Source: Macrostomum lignano
Taxonomy: Eukaryota
DNA: 64,000 nt
Reading direction: 5' to 3'
Assembly (NCBI GenBank): GCA_002269645.1
Contig: NIVC01000029.1
Coordinates: 186,001 to 250,000, forward strand
Shown here: in pieces, positions 48,936-61,335 of the stretch
Position numbering within the stretch: position 1 is the first letter of the stretch
How the letters are laid out: each line of letters starts with the position of its first letter
The notes under the pieces: generated by a model
What the model saw: only the letters and a program-made list of their open reading frames with translations
Databases searched by the model: none
What the model was told of the DNA's origin: nothing
Made by a program: the position numbers and the translations under genes

Positions 48936-49232
48936 ATATGATTAGTGTACACTTTGGACACGATGAGTGTACACTTTGGACACGATGAGTGTACACTTTG
49001 GACACGATGAGTATACACTTTGGACACGATGAGTGTACACTTTGGACACGATTAGTGTACACTTTGGACACGATTAGTGTACACTTTGGACACGATTAGT
49101 GTACACTTTGGACACGATGAGTGTACACTTTGGACACGATTAGTGTACACTTTGGACACGATTAGTGTACACTTTGGACACGATTAGTGTACACTTTGGA
49201 TACGATGAGTGTACACTTTGGACACGATTAGT
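48917..49232. repeat. 22-bp minisatellite (~14 copies) beginning in the GPCR's last codons
   Basis: Unit AT(G/T)AGTGTACACTTTGGACACG; the first copy overlaps codons D-E-C-T-L-stop. Confidence 0.95.
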
Positions 49233-50374
49233 GAATATTTTTAATTTGTTTATGAACGACTCTTAAACACGTTCTTGTTTGAGTGATTACTCAGTAGAAT
49301 TCGTGAATAATATTTACGTCACGACGAGTAAACTTAAGACTTAGGTAAGGCTTAAAACGCAATAGTCAGTTACTGAATTTCTAGGGATCCTAAATCCCCT
49401 GGGTTAATAAATTAAAGCAACCCTCTAAAGAGATGCAGAACATGCAGGACTTCAATTAAATTTCAACTTGATTTCTTGCCAAGACTATAGGTTAGCTTAA
49501 TGAGAAAAAAATCTCCTTTGAATATTAAAAAAACGCCTGAATTTGAAATTAGCTGTGAATCAATTCAACTATGAACCAGGGCAGTCTGATATCAAGATCC
49601 CTGCCGATCCAGCAACACAGCTGACAGCTCTAATTGAACTGACAAGAGAGAGGCAGGGCGCGGGCCCCCTACCCAGCTCTACTCTCGCTCCTTACTCAGC
49701 CATATGTCAGTTACAAAATTGGGAAGCCAGTGAAGCTTAAATATTGTATATTTATCTAACTTGCGACAGCTCGACGGAAGTATTCAGACTTTCCTGCTCT
49801 TGAGTGAATAGGAAGTCAGCAGGCTATTTTTTCCATCTCTGCTGCTTCTTTATGTGGTGTTTGCGTGTGCAATCTGTAGTTTGCATAACTCATTAGTCAG
49901 ACGCTTTTTGCGACTCTGCTTTGGCGAAGAAACAGAAAAAAATAGACATGATCAATGGTCTCACTAGCCAGTTTTTGTGTGTCCGAAAATTTGTCTTTAT
50001 TATCGTAATTAGCTCCCGTTTTGCTGCTACAAATTTGTACTTTTTTTATCCCATTCTACAATGTTTTTTATAGGCTTAACGAAGTAGCAGCTTCAAAAGT
50101 TTATTTTTTAAATGTCCAATGTCGACCTTAACCTGCATATTAAAGAGATACGAACTGTCTGGACTTTTTCTAGCTTTTAACATGCTAAACGAGAATTTGG
50201 CCACGGTATAGTTGAGACTCAGTTATCTGCTGCATGCAGACACAGACATATAGACAGACAGTTGACACGCGAATTCCATTTTAATATGGCCCAACAAGCA
50301 TCAGTTTGGTGAGCCATTCGGCAAACTCCTTCCCTCTCGCAACCGTCTGCAGGTTGTTGCGTACCGCAGGAATA

Positions 50375-50677
50375 TCAGCGCGTCGAGCTCGTACCAACCA
50401 TTTTCAGTTGCTTTTCCAGAGCTCTGGCAGCCGATAGTCGAAATCTGATAACCAACTGGAACTGTTCCTTCAACTTCTGCTGCATTTCTGCACCGTCAAA
50501 CAAAGGCAGAGTTTTAACACGCTGATGGATGCTGTAAACCATATTTTCTTCTACATTCAGCAGCCTTGCAATGTCTTTTGGGTGTTCACCTCTGTAGATA
50601 GCTTCGATCACAAGCCAATGGCATTCGTTAGACAGCCTAGCATATGGTCCACTATGGATTGATGCTTGCTGGACCAA
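50375..50677 (-). other. Isolated coding-like island with an HTH-like segment (gene fragment or pseudogene)
   Basis: VIEAIYRGEHPKDIARLLNVEENMVYSIHQR resembles an HTH; a continuation in another frame to ~50278 reads ...TVARGKEFAEWLTKLMLVGPY*. No in-frame ATG upstream. Confidence 0.35.
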
Positions 50678-51169
50678 CTTGAATGCCGCTGTGCCAGCCT
50701 TGCTACCATAGACAAAAGCTCAAAAGGCAAAAGGCAAACGTATCTTGGATTACATTAAATGCGCCAAAATGGGCTGCAAAAAGTTTATTGTATATTCTAT
50801 TCTGTGCGTCTTCTTGCTTTTGGTACAAATTCAAAGTTAATATTAAAAGCAATTAAAGTTGCAACACGTAATTTTCAGCGAAAAAATTAATTTATGAGGG
50901 AGCCTGTGCTAAGAGCTTTTAATATAAATCCCACGAGGGAATGAAAATTACAAGAAACAGAGCATGATTACACAAAGAAACTAATTTTCTTCTTTTAAAC
51001 CAAATCTTACAGTTTACATTTTGTAATGCATTTTGTTTTAATTAAGATCTTCAACAATTTTCTTTTTGACAAGACTCTCGTTAATCTAAAAATTACCCAG
51101 GAAATAATGGGTGTTTACGAAGTGCCTATAGTTTCTCTTTGTCCATGCATAACTGAAGTGGGTTTCAAA

Positions 51170-51640
51170 TTTGGTCTGTGAGTGTGGGGAGTGGGGAAGG
51201 GTGTGGGAAAGGGTTGGGAAGTGTGGCAAAGGGTGGGGAAGTGTGGGGAAGGGTGGGGAAGTGTGGGGAAGGGTTTGGGAAAGGGTTGGGAAGTGTGGCA
51301 AAGGGTGGGGAAGGGTGTGGGAGTGTGGGAAAGGGTGTGGAAGTGTGGGAAAGGGTTGGGAAGTGTGGCAAAGGGTGGGGAAGGGCGTGGGAGAGTGGGA
51401 AAGGGTGTGGGAGCGTGGGGAAGAGTGGGGAAGAGTGCGGAAGAGTGGGGAAGGGTGTGGGAGCGTGGGGAAGAGTGCGGAAGAGTGGGGAAGCGTGTGG
51501 GACTGTGGGAAAGGGTGTGGGAGCGTGGGGAAGGGTGGGGAAGGGTGTGGGAGAGTGGGGAAGGGTGTGGAAGGGTGTGGGAGAGTGGGAAAGGTTGTGG
51601 AAGGGTGTGGGAGAGTGGGGAAGGGTGTGGGAGAGTGAGA
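51170..51640. repeat. Degenerate G-rich ~10-bp tandem repeat
   Basis: GTGGGGAAGG/GTGTGGGAGA units; purine-G strand on +. Confidence 0.9.
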
Positions 51641-52015
51641 AATGGGTAAGTCTTGAAATGATGGAGATAAAGCAGTGAAATTTTAGAAGATTGCAGTCAC
51701 GGAAAGCATTTTGAGCTGATTTTAATTAATTGTGTCAAGAAAATGCATCTCAGACACAATGTGCCTGTGCATGCTATTTATTATGAAGTATGACACTAAT
51801 TCAACCCGAAAATGCTTTATTTAAAATTTATTTAACTAAAATGATTTAACAGCTTTTGGTTCTGACTGCGAGTGACAGAAAATTACAAGACGTTGTAGTT
51901 ATACTGCATGCAGAATGACGTATTTGATGCACTAAACACAAAATTAGAATCTTTGCCTAAAATCTTGACCTTGATTTACAAAAGCAGCTCTAGGACAGAC
52001 AATACAACCACTTAT

Positions 52016-53628
52016 TTATGAGTAGTTCCACCCGAAAGCAGCGTGACAGATTAGCAGGTATAGCATGGCAACTGTGACTGTGACGAGTAGCACAGGGAAT
52101 CCAACGCTGAAATTTCGGTTGTAAAAATTAGCTTTTTTTCGAACGACATATTCCGACAAAACTATGTATTTTATTAAGACTATGAAGATTCAACTACTCT
52201 ACCATAGAACTCAAAGATCTAACGGATTCTCAACCATAGAACTCAAAGATCTAACGCATTCTCAACCATAGAACTCAAAGATCTAACGCATTCTCAACCA
52301 TAGAACTCAAAGATCTAACGGATTCTCAACCATAGAACTCAAAGATCGAACAGATATTCAACCATAGAACTCAAAGATCGAACAGATACTCAACCATAGA
52401 ACTCAAAAATCGAACAGATACTCAACCATAGAACTCAAAGATCTAACGCATACTCAACCATAGAACTCAAAGATCTAACGCATTCTCAACCATAGAACTC
52501 AAAGATCTAACGGATTCTCAACCATAGAACTCAAAGATCTAACGGATTCTCAACCATAGAACTCAAAGATCTAACGGATTCTCAACCATAGAACTCAAAG
52601 ATCGAACAGATACTCAACCATAGAGCTCAAAGATCAAATAGATACTCAACCATAGAACTCAAAGATCGAACTCAAAGATTGAACAGATACTCAACCATAG
52701 ATCTCAAAGATCGAACAGATACTCAACCATAGATCTCAAAGATCGAACAGATACTCAACCATAGAACTCAAAGATCGAACAGATACTCAACCATAGAACT
52801 CAAATGATCTAAAATTGGATCACTTTCAATAATTCAATACAATGTTCCATGTAGAGTCACTGTAGGGAACACGAAGGTCCAATTAAAATCTAACGCAACG
52901 TTTCTAAATTTAATAGATTTAAACCTACAATAAAGGAACTCACCGAAAGAAATGCACAAAGCTGATTGGATAGCCATTCTGTTCGGCTACTCCGGCTGCC
53001 ACCACGTTAGCCGAAGCTCCAATCAGAGTGCCATTGCCGCCAAAGCAGACACCGAAAGCCAGCGACCAAACCAACGGCATCAGGGGTAGAATATCGCTGA
53101 GCTGCAGGATGACAGGCACCATGGCAGTTGTAAACGGTATGTTGTCAATGAAAGCCGAGGCAAGTGCGCTGGTCCACAGCACCACAATGATTGCAACTGG
53201 CAGTCTGGCTGTCTCAGGCAGAGAAAGCACAACTAGATGAACTTGATCGCCAATCCAACCGATTAATCCAAGTCTACGAAGCGCTTCCATCATGGCAAAT
53301 AGCGAGGCAAAGAACACCAAGGTGCTCCATTCAATGCGGTGCAGCAGGGTGTCGAGATCGGCGAAATCAGTGAGCACCAATAAAGCGATAGCGCCCATGA
53401 CAGCTATCCAGCCTGCGGAGAATTTTAGCTTGTTTAGAATGCGTTAATAGAAATGATCGCAAAATGCTGTGGGGGCACCTTGATTGTCTCACAATCAAGT
53501 TGTTTAGTTAGTTACGAGCTATTTAGTTAGTTCGCTCGTTCGTTAGTTATCTAGTTAGTTAGTTATTTAGTTAGTTAGTCAGTTAGCTAGTTCGTTCGTT
53601 AGTTATTTAGTTAGTTAGTTAGTTAGTC

Positions 53629-53676
<48 letters not shown>

Positions 53677-53692
53677 GGTTAGTTAGTTAGTC

Positions 53693-53723
<31 letters not shown>

Positions 53724-53736
53724 CAATTAGTTAGTC

Positions 53737-53775
<39 letters not shown>

Positions 53776-53824
53776 GAGTTAGTGAGTTAGTTAGTTATTT
53801 AGTTAGTTATTTAGTGAGTTAGTG

Positions 53825-53880
<56 letters not shown>

Positions 53881-56839
53881 GGTTAGTCATTCAGTTAGTT
53901 GGTTATTGTAGTTAGTCGCAGGTTCTGTTTCTGGTACATACGAGCGTACCAAAAATCTTTATAGACAAATTCAAAGAACAAGCATTATAAGCACTCCAAT
54001 ATAAAATCGCTGTCTAAGCCCAAAACGTTTTCTAGGCTACTAAAATAGCGAAAACATATATTCGTCGCTATACCAAACGAGAGACTTAGAACTTACCCAA
54101 ATCCAGATGAAGCGACGGTACAGTTGAAGACACGAAAAACAGTGCAACTACACCCATCAGCACTAGGCAGCACTTCACTAGGAGCTCTTTGTCTCTGATT
54201 TTGTACTGAAGTTGTTATAAGAGAATCTGTGTATACGATTGGTTGAACTAGTGGGGATACAATAGAATGCACACCTGGTCCTAGCAAACCTTCTGCTGCA
54301 GCTCGATCAGGTTCTGTTCGAATGTTCTCAACGAATCGTCCCTTGAGACGCCGCTAGTCGACGGTCGCTCTGTTGTCGCTACCATTCGATGCTCCAGTTC
54401 GCATATTCGGGCCTGCAGCATCGCTTTGACAGCGGCCTGCTCTCGGGTTGTCACGGAAAATCCGTAGGCCGTCCTGCGCCAGACTTCGGCCTCGCGTCGG
54501 AGCTCGTCCGCGACAGCCGAGTCGCCGTTCTCGGTCGAACTTTCACTCTTGACATTGTCGCGCCAGTAGACTGTTTGAAACAGTACGTAAGCGGCCAGAG
54601 CGGCTGGCAGCGCGCCAAGAGTCATGTGCAGCGTGAATCCAGCGAATGTGACGCCTTGAGCCTCTAGCTGAGCGTTCGAAGCGATTATTACGTTGGGAGG
54701 ATCTCCAACTGCCGTCGCTGCGCCGCCGATGTTAGAAAACATTACCTATGGGTTGTATTAGTCAATTCAATATGGGCTGTATCTTTATTTACTTTAATTC
54801 ACCAACGAAACGATTCAATTCAGCAACGAAAGAAACTGAAGGCTAGCTAATCGCCTCTTCTGTCCTTTCCTGGAGCCTGTCCTGACCTGTTTTATCCTGT
54901 CCTGTCCTGTCCTGTCATGGAGCCTGTCCTGTCCTGTCCTGTCCTGGAGCCTGTCCTGTCCTGTACTGTCCTGGAGCCTGTCCTGTCCTGTACTGTCCTG
55001 TCCTGGAGCCTGTCCTGTCCTGTTTTATCCTGTCCTGTCGTGTCATGTCCTGTCCTGTCCTGTCCTATCCTATCCTTCCTGTCCTGTCCTTTCCTGTCCT
55101 GTCATGTCCTGTTCTGTCCTGTCCTTTCCTGTTCTGTCCTGTCCTGTCCTGTAATATATACTGCTATTCTCACCTCTGTTTTCCTTTCCCTTTCCAGCCC
55201 TACTCTCTTATTCAACTAAAATTTGAAGAAAAAATTACTTCGGTTTTAGCTCGTAAAATAGACGCTATAGTCTGCTATTCACAACTACTAAGTATTAGGC
55301 TCTGATCCGTCATCCTGATCGTCCATTCGCTTCCGGTTTCGTGGAGAGCGCGTTAAAATACAAATACCGGATGCAAACTGGATGAATGACTATAAACACT
55401 TTGCATCCGGTCCGGTTGAAGCTAACAGCTTTAAAGAGTTATAATAAAATCAAGCAACGGCGTACGGGACTTCACTAAACCGAATTTAGTCGATGATTTG
55501 TCACATTGATCGGCTAAAAACGTCGAGACATCTAATTCAAGATTGGGCTTTTAATGAGGCTTTTAATGAACACCTTCAACATACCTGAGCAATCAGCAGC
55601 TGCCTGGGGTCCAAACGCAGCAATTCACACAGCCGTATGGTCACGGGCGCCATCAACAAGATAGTTGTGACATTGTCTAGAAAAGCGGACGCGCCTCCCG
55701 CGAACAGGCACAGCAGAGCGGTTAGGGCTGCTTTTCGACCCCTTGCCAAACGATACGCTGCCACGGCCAGCCAATCGAAGAATCCAGACTCGGAGAAGAT
55801 GCCAACCATCACCATCATGCCAAATAGAAGGCTAAGAGTTTCAAAGTCCAACCAGGCGATCACCTCTGCTAAGCTGGGCCGTCGGTTAACCAACGACAAG
55901 GCGGCGACGCTCATCAGCAAACCAAGCATTGCAGCCAGCGCCCTGTGCGCCAGCTCCAGCGTGATCAGGCCATAGACAAAAGCCAGCACAATGCCAGCGT
56001 ACAATACTTCGTTGTGTATCGCGTCGGCTAAGGTTTCGTAGGCGAGCACAATTGGCAGCGAATGAGGATACTCAGTGCTGAGACGGATGCTCAAGCGGTC
56101 TCGATCGCGATGCCTGTCAATACGAAAAATGCTGTTGTTTTATACTCATATTGCTTGGCTTAGTTAGCTTGCGAAGGGGGGCTCTTGAACACTGCTTCAG
56201 TCGAGAAGCTGCAGGGAGATCCGGTAGTGCCGGTGTCCGGAGCACGGCCCCCCTCCGTAGAGTCCAGGAGGTGGATGGTCGCTCGCCCGGGTCGACAAGC
56301 AATCAGCAAATAGAACAACCACGCAGATACGCAATCATCATGCACTCACAGAGGGTGGCACCATTGCTTGCACACTACGTGATTTGGCGGTTGCATGGCA
56401 CGATCATGGGTGCGAATCGCTAGACAAACACCTGGCCAATTTTGGTGCTAATAAGCCCCAAACCATACACCCATATTTAGATTTGAAACTTACGCCTTCT
56501 GGCCGATCGGAAAATACATTTCTCGAACGATCTCCTTGGATATATCGTTAACAAAGGTCGGTTGAATTGGCACCGTCCAGTTCTACAGGAAATTATCGTG
56601 TATTCTTTATGATAGGAAATCAACAAAAATCAATTAATATGGCAACAAAACTGATTGGGATTAATAATACAAAAAGGAAATGAATAATACCCGCGTCTCC
56701 ACGCTGTTGTCATCAGGAAGCTGTCGATCAACAGTCACGGTCAGGTTGGCAGAATCCGGGCCACTCGAGTACAGCAGAGCGCCTTTGATGCGAACCAACA
56801 GCACAGAATAAGCTTCTATTGATGGTGTCACGTTGATGG
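52016..56839 (-). CDS. OCA2: OCA2/P-protein-like (ArsB/NhaD-SLC13-related) transporter; exons 56839..56691 (acceptor tentative), 56582..56494, 56113..55585, 54745..54290, 54205..54097, 53412..52944, 52106..52016; 5' end unresolved
   Basis: [115 protein letters not shown]. All six placed introns are GT-AG with matching phases. Confidence 0.9.
52196..52805. repeat. 32-bp minisatellite (~19 copies) in the last OCA2 intron
   Basis: Unit TCTCAACCATAGAACTCAAAGATCTAACGGAT, with a CGAACAGATAC variant. Confidence 0.95.
53510..53915. repeat. (TTAG)n microsatellite in an OCA2 intron
   Basis: Long TTAG run with scattered variants inside intron 53413-54096. Confidence 0.97.
54880..55150. repeat. (TCCTG)n microsatellite in an OCA2 intron
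   Basis: Pentanucleotide run inside intron 54746-55584. Confidence 0.95.
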
Positions 56840-57117
56840 CTAAAATTTCAGTTTTGCTGATGGATAATGCAATATCTTTTTTCCGTTAATTTTGCACGCA
56901 CGAGGTCGTAAATGTCAATTGCAAAGATGATCGCAAAATGCTTCTTCCCCAGAGAGCCGACTTACGGTACGGCACGGTACTGCAACTAATTTACAACTGC
57001 TTGTCCATTAAGAAAAAGAAAATGTGTTTTTAGTTTTTTGTTCTTGCTTTTTTGGCAAGCTTGCTTTGTCCCCCACCCCACCTTGTGACCCTTTGTGGCA
57101 ATCAAAAGTTTTTTTCC

Positions 57118-57415
57118 CGAGCGCCAAAATATAGTGCCTTCGGCACCAAAATGAGTGCCTGCTGCGCTAAAATGAGTACCTGCGGCGCTAAAGTGAGTGC
57201 CTCCGGAGCTAAAATGAGTTCCTGCGGCGCTAAAATGAGTGCCTGCGGCGCTAAAATGAGTGCCTTCGGCGCCAAAATGAGTACCTGTGGCGCTAAAGTG
57301 AGTGCCTGTGGCGCCAAAATGAGTGCCTGTGGTGCTAAAATGAGTGCCTGCGGCGCCAAAATGAGTGCCTGCGGCGCTAAAATGAGTGCCTGCTGCGCTA
57401 AAATGAGCGCTGACA
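57118..57415. repeat. 21-bp repeat (~14 copies) in a MITE ending ..GGCGACGCCCCTG (57486)
   Basis: Unit GGCGCTAAAATGAGTGCCTGC; reverse complement of the array at 47062-47150. Confidence 0.93.
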
Positions 57416-57946
57416 ATAAACACCGATTCTCAAAATAATGGATACATAGGAATTTAGTCATGTACATGTCATGGCGACGCCCCTGCTGCAAAGCGCGATA
57501 CTCAAGGCTCTAATACAGACTTCTACGAGCCATAATGCAATGATGGGCAGTCGACAGAGTAATGATTTGCCTAATTTGGAAATCTGTTACGTTCTCATAG
57601 GAATATACTGCGTCACGAGAATTCCCTGGCGTCAGGGTTGCAGAACTTGCGCCAATTGAAGAACCGACATGTACATACTACTAGACAAATTATGCTGTAG
57701 TATTAGTTGAGAATAATTATAGCAAGGTCTCAACAAGCAATTGCGAGACAAACACGTTTCTTGTATGTCGCATATATGCTAAATTTTCATCGCAGTAGCT
57801 GTTATTGTAAAATACTTGTACATGTAATTATCAGGCTATTGATTGTCACGATGTCACGTGGTCTTTTTCGGCTGTTATAAACACCCGTCATTTTAACTTC
57901 TAGCAAAATCGTTTTAATTAGCACGTTCAGCTATAAACTGCTGATA

Positions 57947-60646
57947 AGACCAACGTAAAGTTAGCCGCATGCCCAGCCTCACATTTTTTAAAACAGCTTG
58001 GTCCACCCGTGGAAATGACTTAAATCAAAAGTTTTTCGCTAGACTAGCTTGGTCCAGAGGGTTTCAGACCTTTCCAAAGTAAAGCCTTGGTTCTAGACAC
58101 AAAATAAAATTCGTCAAAGCCGGAAAAATGCGGCTGGACCATGGGCTGGAATCCCGAGAGTGTAGGATACGCTGAAAGTCTGGTCCACTTGCGGAATCTC
58201 GATTTCCTATCTATTTTGCATATTTTGGTACACGTTTGAGGCAAATCGGTTGGATAACAAAAATTCTACAGGCCTCCAAAGTTCGGAATTCTAACAAATT
58301 GGAACATTTCCCTTTCTGTGGCTTACGGAGGGTTACAAAATCTTGGTCCACAAAAGGAATATGAAACTACTACATCTGTTCTTTGATTTGACATAAGAAA
58401 TGACCGTCTACACTCCTGTATTGCTGAGATATAGCCGCATGAACAATGTACCGTCAGTTGAGCACATTGTAAAAAATAATCGTAAACGCATTAAACGCAT
58501 TAAAACGCATTTTCGTGCGCGAAAAAAGAAAAAAAAATTAATAAAGCATGCGCCATTTTGATTGCTTAAATTAATTTCGAATGCCATTGGCATTTCAAAT
58601 ACCAATATATCAAAAACGGTTTGTCCTTACTGTTATTTTTCATATTTAGTCCAAATTTATAAAATAGATATAGCTATACCAAATGGAAGAAAAATACAAT
58701 ACCAAAATACCAAGCTTTGTAGTAAGCATTAGACAGTAAGTTTAGTTTAAAAGCTATAGTGTAGCCAGTGGAAAAAAGCACAAGCCCATTGTGCCTGTGT
58801 TTATAGGACTCTAAGTAGGCTAGTTTATTAAATATTTCCATAATAAAACAATTAGTTTGTAATGTCTATTGGTTCCATTAGACATTTTGTATTTCTTTCT
58901 ATATCTTGCTTTATAAATATTTTCACACTGCCACAGTAAACAAATGTCTCTAGAGCCCTGTCAGAAATATTTAATAAACTAGCCTACTTAGAGTCCTATA
59001 AACACAGGCACAATGGGCTTGTGCTTTTTTCCACTGGCTACACTATAGCTTTTAAACTAAACTTACTGTCTAATGCTTACTACAAAGCTTGGTATTTTGG
59101 TATTGTATTTTTCAGTAACAGTAAAGACAAACCGCCCCCGATATATTGGTATTTGCAGTGTTGGGCACTTCCGTTACCGAGTAACTTGCAAATGGTAACG
59201 CAAGTTACTTTTTCGTAAAGCGTTCCTTACGCAAGTTACTTTTTTATTTTAGTAACGGAGTAACGGTAAGTTACTCAAATTTCGGAAGTCCGTTACAGTT
59301 ACTTTGCAACAATCGCAATATTTAAATTTAGAACTGAAATGCTTAGCTATTACGCCGGTTGTCACATGTTTTTGCATTTTTCATTCCTAAATTCAAAATT
59401 AAGTGAATAGTATCATATGGTATTGCGCTTAATTAATGAAGAAATACTTGAAACATGTTTTACTTGTTAATTTCGGTAAAATAAATATTTTCGCCTTTCA
59501 TTTTCGTTACTAAAAATTTTCAAGTTTGATTCAAACAAACAACCAAAGACAGAAATTCATCTGTAGCCTCCACAAGTCCCTCCACTGCAGTACACTACAC
59601 CATTTTATACAGTTCTATTTATTTTACTCTATTGAATTATTGATATTCGTTTTTTATCATTTATAATTTAAATTATTGATTGCCATTTCCCATTGGTCCT
59701 TCTACTTGCCTCACATCGTGTCGCCAATTCCTGTCTCTGTCTGTTAATCGGTTAATCCCAATGCCCAATGGCAAATTTCGGTAACAACAATGTGAAAAAA
59801 TGTGCAATATGAAAAAAGCAGAAAATTTTGTTAATAACATGGGTAACGGAAGTGAGTAACGGACAGTAACTTAAAAGTTACCAGGTTTTTGTCTAAAGTT
59901 ACTAGGCTAACGTAAGTTACTTTTTAAAAATTGGTAACTTAAGTTACAGTAACGCAAGTTACTTTTTTTGAGTAACTTGCCCAACACTGGGTATTTGAAA
60001 TGCCAATGGCATTCGAAATTAATTTAAGCAATCAAAATGGCGCATGCTTTATTAAATTTTTTTTCTTTTTTCGCGCACGAAAATGCGTTTTAATGCGTTT
60101 AATGCGTTTACGATTATTTTTTACAATGTGCTCAACTGACGGTACATTGTTCATGCGGCTATATCTCAGCAATACAGGAGTGTAGACGGTCATTTCTTAT
60201 GTCAAATCAAAGAACAGATGTAGTAGTTTCATATTCCTTTTGTGGACCAAGATTTTGTAACCCTCCGTAAGCCACAGAAAGGGAAATGTTCCAATTTGTT
60301 AGAATTCCGAACTTTGGAGGCCTGTAGAATTTTTGTTATCCAACCGATTTGCCTCAAACGTGTACCCAAATATGCAAAATAGATAGGAAATCGAGATTCC
60401 GCAAGTGGACCAGACTTTCAGCGTATCCTACACTCTCGGGATTCCAGCCCATGGTCCAGCCGCATTTTTCCGGCTTTGACGAATTTTATTTTGTGTCTAG
60501 AACCAAGGCTTTACTTTGGAAAGGTCTGAAACCCTCTGGACCAAGCTAGTCTAGCGAAAAACTTTTGATTTAAGTCATTTCCACGGGTGGACCAAGCTGT
60601 TTTAAAAAATGTGAGGCTGGGCATGCGGCTAACTTTACGTTGGTCT
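57947..60646. mobile_element. Foldback-type long-TIR element (near-complete palindrome)
   Basis: Outer arms 57947-58603 / 59990-60646 are near-identical (mirrored ORFs differ by one residue each). Inner perfect arms 58689-58838 / 58964-59113 enclose a 125-bp loop. Ends AGACCAACG..CGTTGGTCT are flanked by GATA on both sides. Confidence 0.9.
59156..59989. mobile_element. hAT-type MITE (834 bp) inserted into the right arm of the foldback element
   Basis: 12-bp TIR CAGTGTTGGGCA / TGCCCAACACTG; 8-bp TSD GGTATTTG (59148-55, 59990-97); subterminal AAGTTAC/GTAAC repeats. Confidence 0.92.
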
Positions 60647-61335
60647 GATACCAAAGACCCTAAGTATAAATGAACTCCAGGTACTATGAAACCGATAAGA
60701 AATTGTCGGAAATTATCTGTATGGAGTAAACAGATAAGACTCAAGTTGGTTTCATCCGTTGAAATGTAGAAATATAGTGGCACGGGACCTGTAGATATAA
60801 AAATTTAGGGACAGTTCAGTAGCTACAGCTGGATATATGGATATGGATTGTTGATACATGCACTCACTCGGCGCTCGAACACTGCTCACGGTGTACAAAT
60901 GTACCGCGATACAGCGATGATTGTCTGTAGGAGCAATTTGATTTGATAGAATATAAACTGCAAAGTTGCTCCTTGTAATTCTGAAATGGTCACCTGAATA
61001 CTACTATAGTCGTAGATCTCATAAATGGGCCGTCACATTCGACTGGGAAATTTGATTTGAATTTGAATTGTTAATAGGGCAATTCGTTTATCGTTATATC
61101 ACGTTTCTATAGCTACTAAATTACTGTACATCATTCATTAATTATAAAATTAGAATATTTTAGTTTTGAATTTGCGGATTTTTAAGAGCGAACCCCAGTT
61201 AAATATTGTGGCTTCAGTTATCAATACAGTATATTTATCTTTAGCTTTAAAATCTCTATTAAAATTTTAATTACCTACATGTATATTTTGTTAATCACTG
61301 ATTCAAAGAAGCAAAAACAGTAAAACAAAACTCAC

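Noticed and set aside
51086-51678. Five overlapping G/V/W/K-rich or P/H/F-rich ORFs
   Set aside because: Artefacts of a stop-free G-rich tandem repeat.
40695-52805. 22-32-bp direct-repeat arrays as CRISPR arrays
   Set aside because: They are head-to-tail tandem units with no unique spacers.
53510-53915. Telomeric repeat
   Set aside because: The unit is TTAG (4 bp), not TTAGGG or TTAGG, and it is intronic.
54093-54287. 64-aa ORF as an OCA2 exon
   Set aside because: Wrong frame. The real exon 54205..54097 reads [37 protein letters not shown].
54917-55305. Cys/Pro/Val/Leu/Ser repeat ORFs
   Set aside because: (TCCTG)n microsatellite inside an OCA2 intron.
56861-56960. Homopolymer frameshift joining FAIIFAIDIYDL.. 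to DIALSISK..
   Set aside because: Alternative splice solutions (acceptors at 56839 or after ATCAG) also fit, so a frameshift cannot be asserted without transcripts.
56986-57491. HFSAAGT / GAKMSAC / ALILAPQ repeat ORFs
   Set aside because: A 21-bp non-coding repeat that is open in several frames; the same unit occurs in a MITE remnant at 47062.
58044-60549. Duplicated small genes (MPQTCT.. and MPMAFEIN.. pairs)
   Set aside because: Mirror images from the foldback arms, with no coding signature.
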